Below, one piece after another: positions 9,189-20,111 of a DNA stretch of 64,000 nt. The translations under genes were made by a program, and so were the position numbers. The notes under the pieces were generated by a model. It was given only the letters and a program-made list of their open reading frames with translations, had not been told where the DNA came from and did no database searches. The DNA comes from an uncultured virus (IMG/VR IMGVR_UViG_3300008450_000021) (taxonomy: Duplodnaviria; Heunggongvirae; Uroviricota; Caudoviricetes), in the IMG/VR virus record IMGVR_UViG_3300008450_000021; one strand, given 5' to 3'. The stretch's first letter is position 1; each line of letters opens with the position of its first letter.

Positions 9189-10269
9189 TGTCTACTTCAA
9201 TCATTGGTGATATTCTACTACTTTCTTCCCATTCTGAACTATCTTCAATTATTTGAAGTTTTTCAATATCTACTTTTTCACCGAACCATTCATGCGCATG
9301 AGCAGCTTTATATGCCTTTTCTGCTTCTTTAGTGTCAGGAATAAAACCATGAGGAGTAACAATAACTGTAGTTGAAGTTGCTATACCACAATCAGCATGA
9401 ATCTTATCGATTGCTATTTTAGTACGTTTAGCAAACTCTACTTTTTTACCCTTATGTTGAGCAAATATTTTAGATGTTCCACTATTAGTTACGTTACCAA
9501 ATGTAGTTACGATAGTAGCATCCCAATACATTGAATTACCACCTTTATTTGTCATTCTAGGTTGAGACATAGGCGTTAAAGCCGGTTGAACACCTGTTTT
9601 ATTAATAACAAACAATGTATTTGTATATGGATATTTTTCTTTACGAGATAATGGAAACTGTTGGTTAATAAAATTACCAAATTGAGTAGCCATTGCTCCT
9701 GCATTCCACATAGGATTGTTATTTCCTTGTTTAACACTCATATCACATGGTATTGAGCCTACTGAATCCCACAAGAATAATAAATCATGTGGTAATTTTC
9801 CTTGTTTTTGCTCATTTAGAATATCAGCAATAAACCCAGCTACATCTTCAATAGTATTTAGAGATGCTCTATCTACATATAAGAAGAATCCTTTGTAGTT
9901 TACTTCACCTGTTTCTTCATCTACTACTTCCTCTAATTCTAGACCCATCATTTTAGCATGAGAAAAATCCCATTTCATTTCAGTGATGATGAATACAGGT
10001 AGTATTCCCATTTTTTGAGCTGCTACTGCTGTTTCAATTAATAGAGTAGTTTTACCAGTATCAGATCCACCACGAGCTATATAAACGTGTCCCATAGGAA
10101 CACCAGGAATAGATAATGCCTCTTTAACTGCAGGTGAAAACGGTATCCATCTTTGTTTTTTAAACTTAGAAGATTGATCTAAGTATTTTGATTTTTTAAA
10201 CGCCTCTATATCAAACGGCTTTTTCAAACCGTCTGATATAGCAGTCGTTAAACTGTCTTTCTTTGCCAT
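9178..10269 (-). CDS. uvsX: RecA/UvsX-like recombinase
   Basis: Walker A GGSDTGKTT, Walker B LWDSVGS, KGG loop; located between SSB and exonuclease genes. Confidence 0.85.
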   Translation of the reverse strand: MAKKDSLTTAISDGLKKPFDIEAFKKSKYLDQSSKFKKQRWIPFSPAVKEALSIPGVPMGHVYIARGGSDTGKTTLLIETAVAAQKMGILPVFIITEMKWDFSHAKMMGLELEEVVDEETGEVNYKGFFLYVDRASLNTIEDVAGFIADILNEQKQGKLPHDLLFLWDSVGSIPCDMSVKQGNNNPMWNAGAMATQFGNFINQQFPLSRKEKYPYTNTLFVINKTGVQPALTPMSQPRMTNKGGNSMYWDATIVTTFGNVTNSGTSKIFAQHKGKKVEFAKRTKIAIDKIHADCGIATSTTVIVTPHGFIPDTKEAEKAYKAAHAHEWFGEKVDIEKLQIIEDSSEWEESSRISPMIEVDNEE

Positions 10270-10274
10270 ATATT

Positions 10275-11111
10275 TTAGTCGTTAAATAAACTATCAAATT
10301 TATCCGCATTACTTGTTTTAGCAGGTGCTTCTACTTTATAAGGAGACGGTGCGGGTATTTCTTTTTCCCAAGGTAAATCACCTGCTTCATCTTCATCTTC
10401 ATCAGTAGCTGATGCTACTGGTGTTTCTGTTTCTTCAGCAGTTTCCTCTGGGTTTAACCATTTGTTAAGGGTTTCTTGTAACTCCTCAAATGTATGATGT
10501 TTATTAACGGTTAAAATATCAGGTTGTTCGTCTAATACTTTCTGTACTAAAGCAGCATCTTCTGAGATAGGTGATGATTTAACTTTAGGACGAATAGAGC
10601 ATTTTACACTCTTTCTGCCAGCAACGGTGTCTTCAACTGCCTCAATGGTAAAATCACGTCCATCAGTAATGTCTGTGTAATCACCATAGTCTTCATCAGC
10701 AGCAATACCTAACAATTGCTCATAAGTTAATTTACCAAATTCCCATAAACGGGCACCTTTTTCTTCCTCACCACGTACTAATACAGGTGCGAAATAACGT
10801 AATTTTGGTTCAACTTTTTTAGCTAATTGCCAATCGTCTTTGTCTGATGATTTGCGTAATTGTTTTGCAAATTCAACAATAGGATCTTTTTCATTCCAGT
10901 TTGTTAATGCTAGAATTGGACCTCTTGCAAATCCGTAGTGAAAATAAATTTCACGGAAAGGATTAGATTTGTCGAATTTAGAAGGTAAGATACGTATTTG
11001 GTATTTACCTGGTTTTGGTTTCCAGAATATCTTTGAATAATCTGTTTTTTCTTTTGGTTTGCCTTTGCTTTGAGAAGCGGCAAGCTTCTGTTTAATTAAT
11101 GATAAATCCAT
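10275..11111 (-). CDS. gp32: single-stranded DNA-binding protein (gp32-like)
   Basis: FWKP..IRILP, LWEFG, GRDF motifs; acidic tail ending FDSLFND. Confidence 0.85.
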   Translation of the reverse strand: MDLSLIKQKLAASQSKGKPKEKTDYSKIFWKPKPGKYQIRILPSKFDKSNPFREIYFHYGFARGPILALTNWNEKDPIVEFAKQLRKSSDKDDWQLAKKVEPKLRYFAPVLVRGEEEKGARLWEFGKLTYEQLLGIAADEDYGDYTDITDGRDFTIEAVEDTVAGRKSVKCSIRPKVKSSPISEDAALVQKVLDEQPDILTVNKHHTFEELQETLNKWLNPEETAEETETPVASATDEDEDEAGDLPWEKEIPAPSPYKVEAPAKTSNADKFDSLFND

Positions 11112-11125
11112 AACTTGTTATTTTG

Positions 11126-11159
11126 TATAAATATAAAACCTTGATTTTGGCCTTCCAAA
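11126..11159 (-). promoter_or_regulatory. promoter upstream of SSB
   Basis: Minus strand TTTG-N20-TATATTTATA. Confidence 0.6.
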
Positions 11160-11165
11160 TCTATC

Positions 11166-11618
11166 TTAAAGATTGATTATAGAGTGTATAGCCGTTTCTA
11201 ATTTACGTATACTATCGCCATTAGTCAATATTAAACTATTGCGATACTCTGGCCAATTTATAGGATATTTAGTATCAATTACACCATTATTTAATAATTT
11301 AATTAATGTATTTAATGCATTAATAGTATATAATGTATTACTTTCCTTTTTACGGTGTATCAGTATAGTATGAGACAGAGGAACGTCATTGGTATTATGT
11401 GTATCTATATTATAAGTACACATTAATTCCTCGCTTTGTGGTGATTCTAAAACAAATATTTTATTGTATAAAATTGTATATTTATCTGTTATGTTATCTA
11501 GTGTTTTATCTAGATCACCGTGTAACGTAAAAGTACAAAATAACTTTTGTCCCATGCTTATTGATGAAATTTCATTATCAATAAATATATCGGGATTGTT
11601 TATAAACGAGAACTTCAT
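11166..11618 (-). CDS. hypothetical protein in the replication module
   Basis: 150-aa ORF between polymerase and SSB; alternative start at 11555. Confidence 0.7.
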   Translation of the reverse strand: MKFSFINNPDIFIDNEISSISMGQKLFCTFTLHGDLDKTLDNITDKYTILYNKIFVLESPQSEELMCTYNIDTHNTNDVPLSHTILIHRKKESNTLYTINALNTLIKLLNNGVIDTKYPINWPEYRNSLILTNGDSIRKLETAIHSIINL

Positions 11619-11619
11619 A

Positions 11620-12918
11620 TTATATTTTTTGTAGATTATGGTATGTTTTGCCTTTTTTAATGTTTGTTGGATATTTTATTATTCGTTGTAATTCGATTAA
11701 TGTTTCTTTTCCATCTGACCTTGCAAAGTCAAACAAAAACGCATCATAAGTATATAACACTAATTTGGTTTGTTTATCTTTCAAATAATCTACTATTTCG
11801 GATAATATTTTGACATTGGTAGATGTTTCTTTACTTTGTATAATGTAATTCAGTAATTTAGACTGAGTCATGTCTTTATCATAGGTAAATTTTCTATTTT
11901 CTGTTTCATAGTATTTACCAAACTGATACATATCCCAAATACTGTCTGTAAGTTTTACTATATCTTTAAAGAATGGTTTATTTTGATAATCACCCCATAC
12001 ACCTCCGTAAGTTTGTTTAAACGTTAATTCTTTGGCTTCTTGTGTTGATACTCCTAATAGTTCACCTAATACTTCATATACGTTTTTATCTGTAAAATTA
12101 AAATTGATCATCTCACCTAGTAATCGTGGATGATACCCTTGAATATCGTATTCAATAAACATATCGTTTGCTGGGCGATAACATAATCGTTCGCCATTAT
12201 TTTTATTTAATGCAACGAAATTAATATGATTATATGAATTAGATGGTCTACTGGTAGTTGTGTATAGATTATAATGTGAATATATTTTGCCTTTTAGTAT
12301 ATTGAATTCAGGATGTCTTAAGTCACTACCATAGCAATCGATAAAGCAATCTTTATCTATCTTTATACCGTTATTTTCTATTTCAAAAAATACTCGTGTT
12401 GTTTGATTATTATTGAATTTATATACCTCATCATTTTCGCTAAATTGAGATATAATAGGTTTAGCTAATCCAAATAAATTTTCTTTATCCTCATAATGTT
12501 TACTAAGAGGAATTAAGCAATTTACATTAGGTAAAGCATGGTGTTTTCTATAATAAAAATCAATACAATTGTTTGTTTGTAATTTGTCTAAGGGTATATC
12601 CTCTATAAAGTTAATATCATATAACTTATCAAAATTATTAAAATAATACAGAGCTCTTTTTTTATCAGGGGTAAATAATTTCTGGGTGTTATTGTTAATC
12701 CAGTTGATAACATATTCCTTATCTAAGGAAAATGTTTCACTGTGATCTAAGCAAAATATATAACCCTTATGATCATTTAATGGTCTAAGGTATATTAAAC
12801 TTAAAGGACTAATTTTAGGATGAAAATTGTTGTTTTGTGAGATAAAATCAATAAAACAATCTCCAAAATGCTCTAATTTCTCTAATTGATTTTCTTTTTC
12901 TATAACGTAGAATGCCAT
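11620..12918 (-). CDS. polA: short family-A DNA polymerase-like protein
   Basis: TTTSRPS (TGRLS-like), motif A YDIQGYHPRLL, motif B AKELTFKQTYG, NYIIQS, motif C YTYDAFLFD; only 432 aa. Confidence 0.8.
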   Translation of the reverse strand: MAFYVIEKENQLEKLEHFGDCFIDFISQNNNFHPKISPLSLIYLRPLNDHKGYIFCLDHSETFSLDKEYVINWINNNTQKLFTPDKKRALYYFNNFDKLYDINFIEDIPLDKLQTNNCIDFYYRKHHALPNVNCLIPLSKHYEDKENLFGLAKPIISQFSENDEVYKFNNNQTTRVFFEIENNGIKIDKDCFIDCYGSDLRHPEFNILKGKIYSHYNLYTTTSRPSNSYNHINFVALNKNNGERLCYRPANDMFIEYDIQGYHPRLLGEMINFNFTDKNVYEVLGELLGVSTQEAKELTFKQTYGGVWGDYQNKPFFKDIVKLTDSIWDMYQFGKYYETENRKFTYDKDMTQSKLLNYIIQSKETSTNVKILSEIVDYLKDKQTKLVLYTYDAFLFDFARSDGKETLIELQRIIKYPTNIKKGKTYHNLQKI

Positions 12919-12966
12919 ATAACCTTTATTTTTATAAAGATAATAAAGCTTTCTTGACTTTACAAC

Positions 12967-13629
12967 TTAAGAGTCTTTTCTTAAAGTTATAACAGCCTTA
13001 TAGTTGTTATTAGGTAGTCTAGATATTTTTTCATCTATTTTGGTGTAACTACCTGAACCTCCTTTTTGCTTAGCGTTAAATGTAGCTATCTTAATAGCGG
13101 TAGCCAAATCTAATGATTCCCCTTCACCTGTAAATGCTGAATCTAATCCTAAAAATGTTTTTATCCCAGGAAAATTTCTTTCAGCCGCATCTAATGCTGG
13201 CGAGTTTAAGTATATCGAATCAGAACCTAAAGATATAGTTTGATATAATGGATTGCCTTTAATACTATCAAAAGTATCTTTATTTATTTCTTTTATAATT
13301 ATGGGAGTTACGTTAATTTGTTTTGAAAAATAACGAATACTAGAAGTACTCGTGTTAGCAGGAATGCCAGTAACATTTGCATTAGATGACAATATTGTTC
13401 TTTTAGATACATTATTTATTCCTTCAGTTTTATTTAATTGGGCTCTTTGTATTTCTTCAGGAGTTGCTTTTTTAAGTTCAATAGCATTGTTGGATGCTGT
13501 TTTACCTACAAAATATCTTCCATTTAATTCCCAATAATACCCACTATACACTCTATTATTAGAAGTATCAATAAATTCTCCTCCTGGTGTATGTAAATTT
13601 TCTTTTAACTGGTTTTTAGGGTATCTCAT
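12967..13629 (-). CDS. hypothetical protein (end of baseplate operon)
   Basis: 220-aa ORF directly after the hub gene. Confidence 0.65.
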   Translation of the reverse strand: MRYPKNQLKENLHTPGGEFIDTSNNRVYSGYYWELNGRYFVGKTASNNAIELKKATPEEIQRAQLNKTEGINNVSKRTILSSNANVTGIPANTSTSSIRYFSKQINVTPIIIKEINKDTFDSIKGNPLYQTISLGSDSIYLNSPALDAAERNFPGIKTFLGLDSAFTGEGESLDLATAIKIATFNAKQKGGSGSYTKIDEKISRLPNNNYKAVITLRKDS

Positions 13630-13630
13630 A

Positions 13631-16600
13631 TTATTTGTAAACTACATTTATTTTGTTAATAAAATCAGGAACAGGATATGTTGTATTTTTAGTATAATTA
13701 AATGAAAATCCAAATTTATTGCTTCTTGGAGTTCTTTGTACTTTAGTACCATTTTTAGTCATTGCTGCAGCAGATTGAGCTGATCCTAAAAAGTCAGTTC
13801 TTCCTTGAATAAATTGAGCTGCGTTTCTTTGTAAATCCGTTCTTTGGAGATTTTTAGCTACTTGAAATAATAAATCTCCTGGTAATCCAGTTGCTGCAGC
13901 TGCTGTCGTAGCATTTGTTATATTATACCATGCTTGATTAGGATTTCCTTCTCCACGTTCAGGTCCTCTAGGGAATTTCCATGTTGGTTCATATTGGCCT
14001 CTATTTAATATTAATTTAGTTATAGAATTAGCCGAATATGCTTTTGAACCTAATCTATTATATATTGATTGAGCTACGTCAGCTTGTCCTTGTGCATCTG
14101 TAGTTCCTGCTTCTGTAGCACATATAGCTACTAAAGTCCAAAAATCTTGCTCTGGGGTATTTGATACTGCTGGAGGGGTAGCAGGTTGAGTATCAACTTC
14201 TTTAATAGTGGCTTGTCCTGTATTTGTATTTATTGTTATTACATCTGTAGCGTCTGCCTCTTCTAAAAGTTTAGAAAAATCTAATTTCTTTGTTTTTTCT
14301 GGGTCTTCCAGTATTATGGTTTGGGCTTCTATACTAGTAACCCAATCAGAATCTGATATTTTATGACCTAATCTAGTTACTAGGTATCCTAACTTTCTAC
14401 CTATTTTATTTTGGTTTATTATATCTCCTTTATAACCAGCAGGTAGAACTTCATCAGGTAATCTAAACATATGACCTATGATAATACCTCCAATACCGTC
14501 TAATTCTAAAGATACAGTAGTTGGGATTATAGCTTTAAATTCAGCATCATCTTTGGAAAATGCTATAAACGCTTTTATCATATCACGTAAAGCGTTTTTA
14601 TATTTTTCTGAATTTTCTATATCGTATTCTCTTTCTTTATCAGGCCAAAATCTATTTTCAATCCAGTTTAAATCTTCTAAAAATTTTACAAGTAAAGACA
14701 GAGATTGGCTTAATACTCCTATTATTTCTGCTCCTTGATTCTTAATAAAGGGAGCAGATGCTGGTTTTGTGTTTGGAGCTAGCCTATTTGTAAGACCAGT
14801 TTGAAATCCTACTAAGGTTTCATTGTCTAATCCCATTACTCCGCCTCCATTTTGGGCACTGATAGCTACAATACTACTTTGTTCTTTAAATATTTTAGAA
14901 TTTATTTTGTATGAGCGAACATTATTTATTAATCCATTATAAGTAGGAATACCATTGTTATCTTGACTTATAAATGTAAATGCGTTAGCATATGCTTCAC
15001 TTGTTTTTTTCTCATCAACATAATTAATATCTATAATTCTACCTATACCATCAATGGGATCAACATGTATATCAAAGTTGTTTAGGTTACCTATAGAACT
15101 TTGAACTTGACCCATTAATTTTTTTATAAAATCATATAAATTAATTTCTTGTTTTTCTTTAACGTCATTTGCCTCTAAATTACCATCAGTAGCTAAATTA
15201 ATAACATTAAGTAAATTAATAAATATATTTCCTATATTTCCTAAATTTTTACCATTGATTGATTCTCTAAAATTTTTTCCTTCTGGTAATCTTTCTAAAA
15301 AATCAATAGCTTCAAATTTAATATTTTGTCTAGCTTCATCTTCTCTAAGATCATTTATAGTTGCTATAATATCTTCTTGAGCAGCTTTAGCAACATTATT
15401 ATCAGGAATGTATATTTTACTATAATTTTCTCCTAATGCTAATTTTAATTCTTGATCAGTACCTATAGAACTTCCACGACCTTCAAGTTTTATTTTGAGA
15501 ACAGTGATAAGATCAAAACCAGAAACCTCATTTATAAAACTTCTTTCATCTGGGTATAATTTGCCATTTAGTGGGTTAAATCTTATATTATTATTTAAAA
15601 TGCCAGTATAATTTATATCAGTTATAGTAGAAACAGTACCAGAAGCAGTTGTTGCATCTCCTAAAATTATATCAGAATTTCGAAATTTATATTCTTCCCA
15701 AGCATCAGCTAAAAGTTTACCCATTGTCTTTTCATCAATGCCTTTTTTAAATGCTAATTCTTTTAAAGTATTTATGCGTGCTCGCAATGCAGTTATTTTT
15801 TCTTCTTTAGTATCTATAGCTCTAAGATCATTAAAGAGAGTTACAACATAGCCTTTAAGAAATAAAGCAAATGATTGTTGGTTAGGTGGCAAACTACTTA
15901 TATTCCAAATAGTTGCTGGGGAATTATATTCTGGGTCTATTGATAGTGCTTTTTTAAATAAATCATTTCTAATCAAACATACTCTAGGATCCATTGATAT
16001 TTGTAAAGGATGATACAGACAATACAAATCAGAACTAACTCCTGAAGGGTATTCTCTTGATTTAGTAGTTATAGGTACTAATGGATCTTCATTATCTGGA
16101 TTTGATGGTACTACGTGTTTGCTTATAATCTTGGTAAATGAATCTAAATCCATGTATACTTGGGTATTAGGATCAATACCATTACTATTTTGTTGTTCTG
16201 ACGTGTTTTTGTTTGATATTTTAAGTACGTAAAGCCTTATAGCATGATCCTTAGTTCCTGTGATGAAACCATTTGCATCAGGTATAGTAAATGGGGTTCC
16301 TTTGTCTATATCAACTATAGCCCCCTGTTCATTAGCTGTATAAGCAGCGAATATAGACTCAGCCGCTATCCCAGCTAAAATATTATTTTGATAAAACTTA
16401 GCTACATTTCCTCCATATTTTGCTTTATCTACAAAAGATTCTCCTGAGGTTTTCTTTGGCGTAAATAATATTCCATTTTCTAATTGAGTTGATGAAATAT
16501 AATTTACAGAATAATTTACTTTTAATGATTCTAATACTTCACCTGTTGATATAATTTCGGTTGTACAATCGTATCCTCCATCTTGTCTTTGTGACCAACT

Positions 16601-17254
16601 ATAGTTTTTAATATAGCCTAATATTCCCTCGTAATTGGCATCATTTGTTTGGGATTTATTGTATACTTCAATTAAACGTTCATGAAGAGATATAGGTTTA
16701 CCTGTTTTAGGAGATGTTCTTGACTTAAAAACATCATAAAAACCATCTTTAAGATTTGTAACTATATTACCACTATTATCTAAGTACGGCAACCAACCCC
16801 ACTCTAATAACACCACAAAACCTGGTCTCATGTATAGTAATTCTAATATTTCTAATTGTCTAATATCCCAACAATTAAATGTTACTGTTGCTACACGTAC
16901 TGAACCATATGCTGATTTACTTTGTACATCAATACTAGTGATACCAGGCATTGGTCTTAAACCATAAAAGTTATCTGTGCCATTAGTTATATTGCTGTAA
17001 GCATTGGCTGTGGAACTACTACCAACGCCTTGTCTTAAGGATTTACCATCGTTTTGTAATAATCCACCTTGTAATATGTTTTCTTTAGCTAATCTACTAT
17101 CTCCTCCAACATCAACACCAGACACCATTCTAGCCCAAGCCGTTCTTCCGTTTATGTATATGATATCATTAGAAGTGCGTTTTAAAAACGCATTTCCTCT
17201 AACTTTTAATTGGTCCCTAACGGGTTTAGTGAATGTATCTTTAAATATCGACAT
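13631..17254 (-). CDS. baseplate hub/tail protein with C-terminal SleB-type cell-wall hydrolase
   Basis: 1207 aa in baseplate context; C-terminal LVAICATEAG..GQADVAQSIYNRL..GQYEP matches Hydrolase_2/SleB lytic transglycosylase motifs. Confidence 0.75.
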   Translation of the reverse strand: MSIFKDTFTKPVRDQLKVRGNAFLKRTSNDIIYINGRTAWARMVSGVDVGGDSRLAKENILQGGLLQNDGKSLRQGVGSSSTANAYSNITNGTDNFYGLRPMPGITSIDVQSKSAYGSVRVATVTFNCWDIRQLEILELLYMRPGFVVLLEWGWLPYLDNSGNIVTNLKDGFYDVFKSRTSPKTGKPISLHERLIEVYNKSQTNDANYEGILGYIKNYSWSQRQDGGYDCTTEIISTGEVLESLKVNYSVNYISSTQLENGILFTPKKTSGESFVDKAKYGGNVAKFYQNNILAGIAAESIFAAYTANEQGAIVDIDKGTPFTIPDANGFITGTKDHAIRLYVLKISNKNTSEQQNSNGIDPNTQVYMDLDSFTKIISKHVVPSNPDNEDPLVPITTKSREYPSGVSSDLYCLYHPLQISMDPRVCLIRNDLFKKALSIDPEYNSPATIWNISSLPPNQQSFALFLKGYVVTLFNDLRAIDTKEEKITALRARINTLKELAFKKGIDEKTMGKLLADAWEEYKFRNSDIILGDATTASGTVSTITDINYTGILNNNIRFNPLNGKLYPDERSFINEVSGFDLITVLKIKLEGRGSSIGTDQELKLALGENYSKIYIPDNNVAKAAQEDIIATINDLREDEARQNIKFEAIDFLERLPEGKNFRESINGKNLGNIGNIFINLLNVINLATDGNLEANDVKEKQEINLYDFIKKLMGQVQSSIGNLNNFDIHVDPIDGIGRIIDINYVDEKKTSEAYANAFTFISQDNNGIPTYNGLINNVRSYKINSKIFKEQSSIVAISAQNGGGVMGLDNETLVGFQTGLTNRLAPNTKPASAPFIKNQGAEIIGVLSQSLSLLVKFLEDLNWIENRFWPDKEREYDIENSEKYKNALRDMIKAFIAFSKDDAEFKAIIPTTVSLELDGIGGIIIGHMFRLPDEVLPAGYKGDIINQNKIGRKLGYLVTRLGHKISDSDWVTSIEAQTIILEDPEKTKKLDFSKLLEEADATDVITINTNTGQATIKEVDTQPATPPAVSNTPEQDFWTLVAICATEAGTTDAQGQADVAQSIYNRLGSKAYSANSITKLILNRGQYEPTWKFPRGPERGEGNPNQAWYNITNATTAAAATGLPGDLLFQVAKNLQRTDLQRNAAQFIQGRTDFLGSAQSAAAMTKNGTKVQRTPRSNKFGFSFNYTKNTTYPVPDFINKINVVYK

Positions 17255-17259
17255 AACAT

Positions 17260-17565
17260 TTATCTAGCGTTATTAAAATTATTATATTGTGTTAATACAT
17301 CTCCTATGTTAACTGGTATTCTTAATTGAGTACCAGGAGCAGGAAATAATAATCCTTTAGTTGCATTATTATTTGCCATAGCTATAATCCACCATAAAGT
17401 AGAGTCACGATAATAAGATTGAGCTAAAAGATCAAGCCTATCTCCTTCAGAAGTTATTACATAAAAATCATTTTCTGATACAGGTATATTAGGATAAAAT
17501 TTACCCTTATAATATGGCTGTCCATCTTCTGTTTTTAATATTGTTCCGTTTTGATATCTGTTCAT
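17260..17565 (-). CDS. LysM-like baseplate wedge protein (gp53/tail X-like)
   Basis: GDRLDLLAQSYYRDSTLWWIIAMAN...GTQLRIP. Confidence 0.85.
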   Translation of the reverse strand: MNRYQNGTILKTEDGQPYYKGKFYPNIPVSENDFYVITSEGDRLDLLAQSYYRDSTLWWIIAMANNNATKGLLFPAPGTQLRIPVNIGDVLTQYNNFNNAR

Positions 17566-19628
17566 TACGTTGTAGTTTGTGTTAAATATCGTGAACTATT
17601 TCCCACTACTGGTCTAGGATTTTCTTTAGCTAATACTGTTCCTTTAGAAGATGCACTATCTAAATTAATAGAAAAACCTGTTATTATATCATTTTGTTCA
17701 GTACGTGTTCTATTTTCTACTCCTAAAAATTCAGCATCTCCTGCTACTGTGTTAGGTAAATATCCAAAGAAACCAGCATCATTGTTGCTGTTGTTTGTGC
17801 CTCTACTAGGCAAATACTGAGGTAACTTCTGATGTACAATGTTAAAACTAAAGTTTGCTTCAATATACATAGCTAATCTAGCCTCAGGTGTTATATCCCA
17901 AGATGAATCATCAGGTATATTGTATTGTAAACTAGTCATTGTAGCATATTCACCTACTAAATAGTTTCCTACGTTTAGTCTCAACAACATACCACCTAAA
18001 GTATTAGTACCATTTGGATTATATCTACCGGCTGTGGTAGATGCTAATTGACCTAATGCTCTATGTTTTTCAAATAACTGTGTTCTATTGAAACAAGGTA
18101 TTTTTAAACTAAAGGATACTGAACGTCTGAATTTTGAATATATGTAAAAAGTTTCTGATCTGCCAATATAATTTATATCATTCCATGTAGCTCCAAAATC
18201 ATCTCTGAAGTTACTTAGATATGCTGAGAACGCCCATCTTTCTTCGTTTAAAGGTTGTCCCGGACTAGGTGGAAATGGGTCTACTCCTCTAAATATTATG
18301 GTTAATATATCTGAGTCGTATCTTTCAAATACTTTTGCTCCTTCACCATATGTAGCTACACTACCTTCATTGCTAGTTTTACGTTTTCCGTAATATCTAA
18401 AATCTGCTGCTCCTCTATTTAACCCTGCTTTTGTTGTTAAATCTTGTGTTGTAAAATATCTTCTGTCAGCAGCAAATGGAGAATTAGATGCTGTTGTAAA
18501 ATTATATCGTTCAGCATCTGAAAACGGGATACTTTGGGTTATGTTTGTAGTTGAATTAATTGCTGCAAATAATTCTCTATATGTTTTAGTAGAAGGACTG
18601 TTATATTTTATAACATTATTACCATTATTTGATAATGTATCAGCAGGACCTGATAGTATTTTTCTTCCATTGTTAAAATTAACAGCAGTATTTACCTGTC
18701 GTGTTAATCCAAAATATCTACTAATATTGTAACTAGTATCAGAAACAATAGTATTATTTTTTCTAGCTTTTTCTCCTTTTTGCCTAAATTCTTCAAGAAC
18801 ATTACTAGGAGGAGTAGTATTTTGATATCTTCTTATTAAGGTTTTACCAATACCATAAACAGAACTAGGACCTGTTAAATAATCATCTATAGGAGTATTG
18901 TTATCTAAAACATCATCTACAAATGAACGTATACTAGGAGGTAAAAAACTAGTTAATCCTGCTAACAATGGAGGAATAATAGGAGTTGGGTCAAAAACAT
19001 TTAATGTACTTTTTAAGCTTACTAATCTGTTATTATTAGAAGATCCTAAAAAATCATTATTAGCTCTTGCTATAGCTTCATACTTTTGGTTATCATCCAT
19101 TGTAGGACCTAAACCATGTCTATAGAAATGAACTCCAAAAGCATTAACAGGAACCTGTAATGCTGTATTAATACCTAAATTATATATTCTGGTAGGTTGA
19201 ATTATACCATTAGTTCCTAATGATAATATATTTCCTGGGTTAGTAAGTAATGATATATTTTTAGGGGTTTCTAATCTAGGATTAGATAATTGTAGGCCTA
19301 TTTGTTTAGCAATCCATAAAGGATTATTTACTATCCAACTACCTACACGAAACGTGTCTACTATAGAAGACGTACCTGCTCCTAAAAATCCACCTCTTAT
19401 AAAACCAGCATCTTTGCCTATTTTATTATTAATAGTAATGGTAGGAGATATACCTGCACTTCGTAATATGCTTCCTAATTCTCCTCTAGCTAAAGTTAGA
19501 TTAGTTAAATTAGGATCACTAACGTCTGTTGTTATATAAGGTTGGCCACTAGATCCTTCGTTTAGTTGATCATTACCATACTTTATTGATTTTAGGGCTG
19601 TGTCATTAAGTAGATCTCTTAAAGCCAT
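17565..19628 (-). CDS. baseplate/tail-tube initiator-like protein
   Basis: C-terminal tube-like domain (W..INYIGRSE.FYIY..F.R.VSFS); lies between tape measure and LysM genes. Confidence 0.6.
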   Translation of the reverse strand: MALRDLLNDTALKSIKYGNDQLNEGSSGQPYITTDVSDPNLTNLTLARGELGSILRSAGISPTITINNKIGKDAGFIRGGFLGAGTSSIVDTFRVGSWIVNNPLWIAKQIGLQLSNPRLETPKNISLLTNPGNILSLGTNGIIQPTRIYNLGINTALQVPVNAFGVHFYRHGLGPTMDDNQKYEAIARANNDFLGSSNNNRLVSLKSTLNVFDPTPIIPPLLAGLTSFLPPSIRSFVDDVLDNNTPIDDYLTGPSSVYGIGKTLIRRYQNTTPPSNVLEEFRQKGEKARKNNTIVSDTSYNISRYFGLTRQVNTAVNFNNGRKILSGPADTLSNNGNNVIKYNSPSTKTYRELFAAINSTTNITQSIPFSDAERYNFTTASNSPFAADRRYFTTQDLTTKAGLNRGAADFRYYGKRKTSNEGSVATYGEGAKVFERYDSDILTIIFRGVDPFPPSPGQPLNEERWAFSAYLSNFRDDFGATWNDINYIGRSETFYIYSKFRRSVSFSLKIPCFNRTQLFEKHRALGQLASTTAGRYNPNGTNTLGGMLLRLNVGNYLVGEYATMTSLQYNIPDDSSWDITPEARLAMYIEANFSFNIVHQKLPQYLPSRGTNNSNNDAGFFGYLPNTVAGDAEFLGVENRTRTEQNDIITGFSINLDSASSKGTVLAKENPRPVVGNSSRYLTQTTT

Positions 19629-19638
19629 TTATATTGGA

Positions 19639-20070
19639 TTAATAACGTCCGTCTCTAGGTCCTTTATCTTTATATGTTTGTCCTCCAACAGATCCTCTAG
19701 GAGTTGATTTATAGATTTGAGATACTACTGGACCTCCATTTGGAACTGGTCTTCCGATTTGGTAGTTATTAGGAGCTCTTTTATCTAATTCATCTAGACC
19801 AGATTGAGGTCTTACAGTAACTGTACTTCCTGCGGTTGTATCACCAAATGATTCTACTCTAACATTGGGAATCCCATCTACTGAGTATCCTAATTCATAA
19901 GGAATAGCAAATCCTTCACCATGTAATTGGCTTAATGCTGGGTCAGTATTGGCTGATGGGTCTCTATATCCCCAAAAAGAATTTTTAGCTGTTGGGTCTC
20001 TTTGCGGCTCAACATTGTGTCTAACTAACAATCCAAGTGTACTTGTTTTGTATTGGTCTACTAATGCCAT
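19639..20070 (-). CDS. hypothetical tail-region protein
   Basis: 143-aa ORF with own upstream ATATTTAT motif. Confidence 0.65.
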   Translation of the reverse strand: MALVDQYKTSTLGLLVRHNVEPQRDPTAKNSFWGYRDPSANTDPALSQLHGEGFAIPYELGYSVDGIPNVRVESFGDTTAGSTVTVRPQSGLDELDKRAPNNYQIGRPVPNGGPVVSQIYKSTPRGSVGGQTYKDKGPRDGRY

Positions 20071-20111
20071 AATTGTAAATTAATTAATTGTTTATAATAA
20101 ATATTAGAGTA

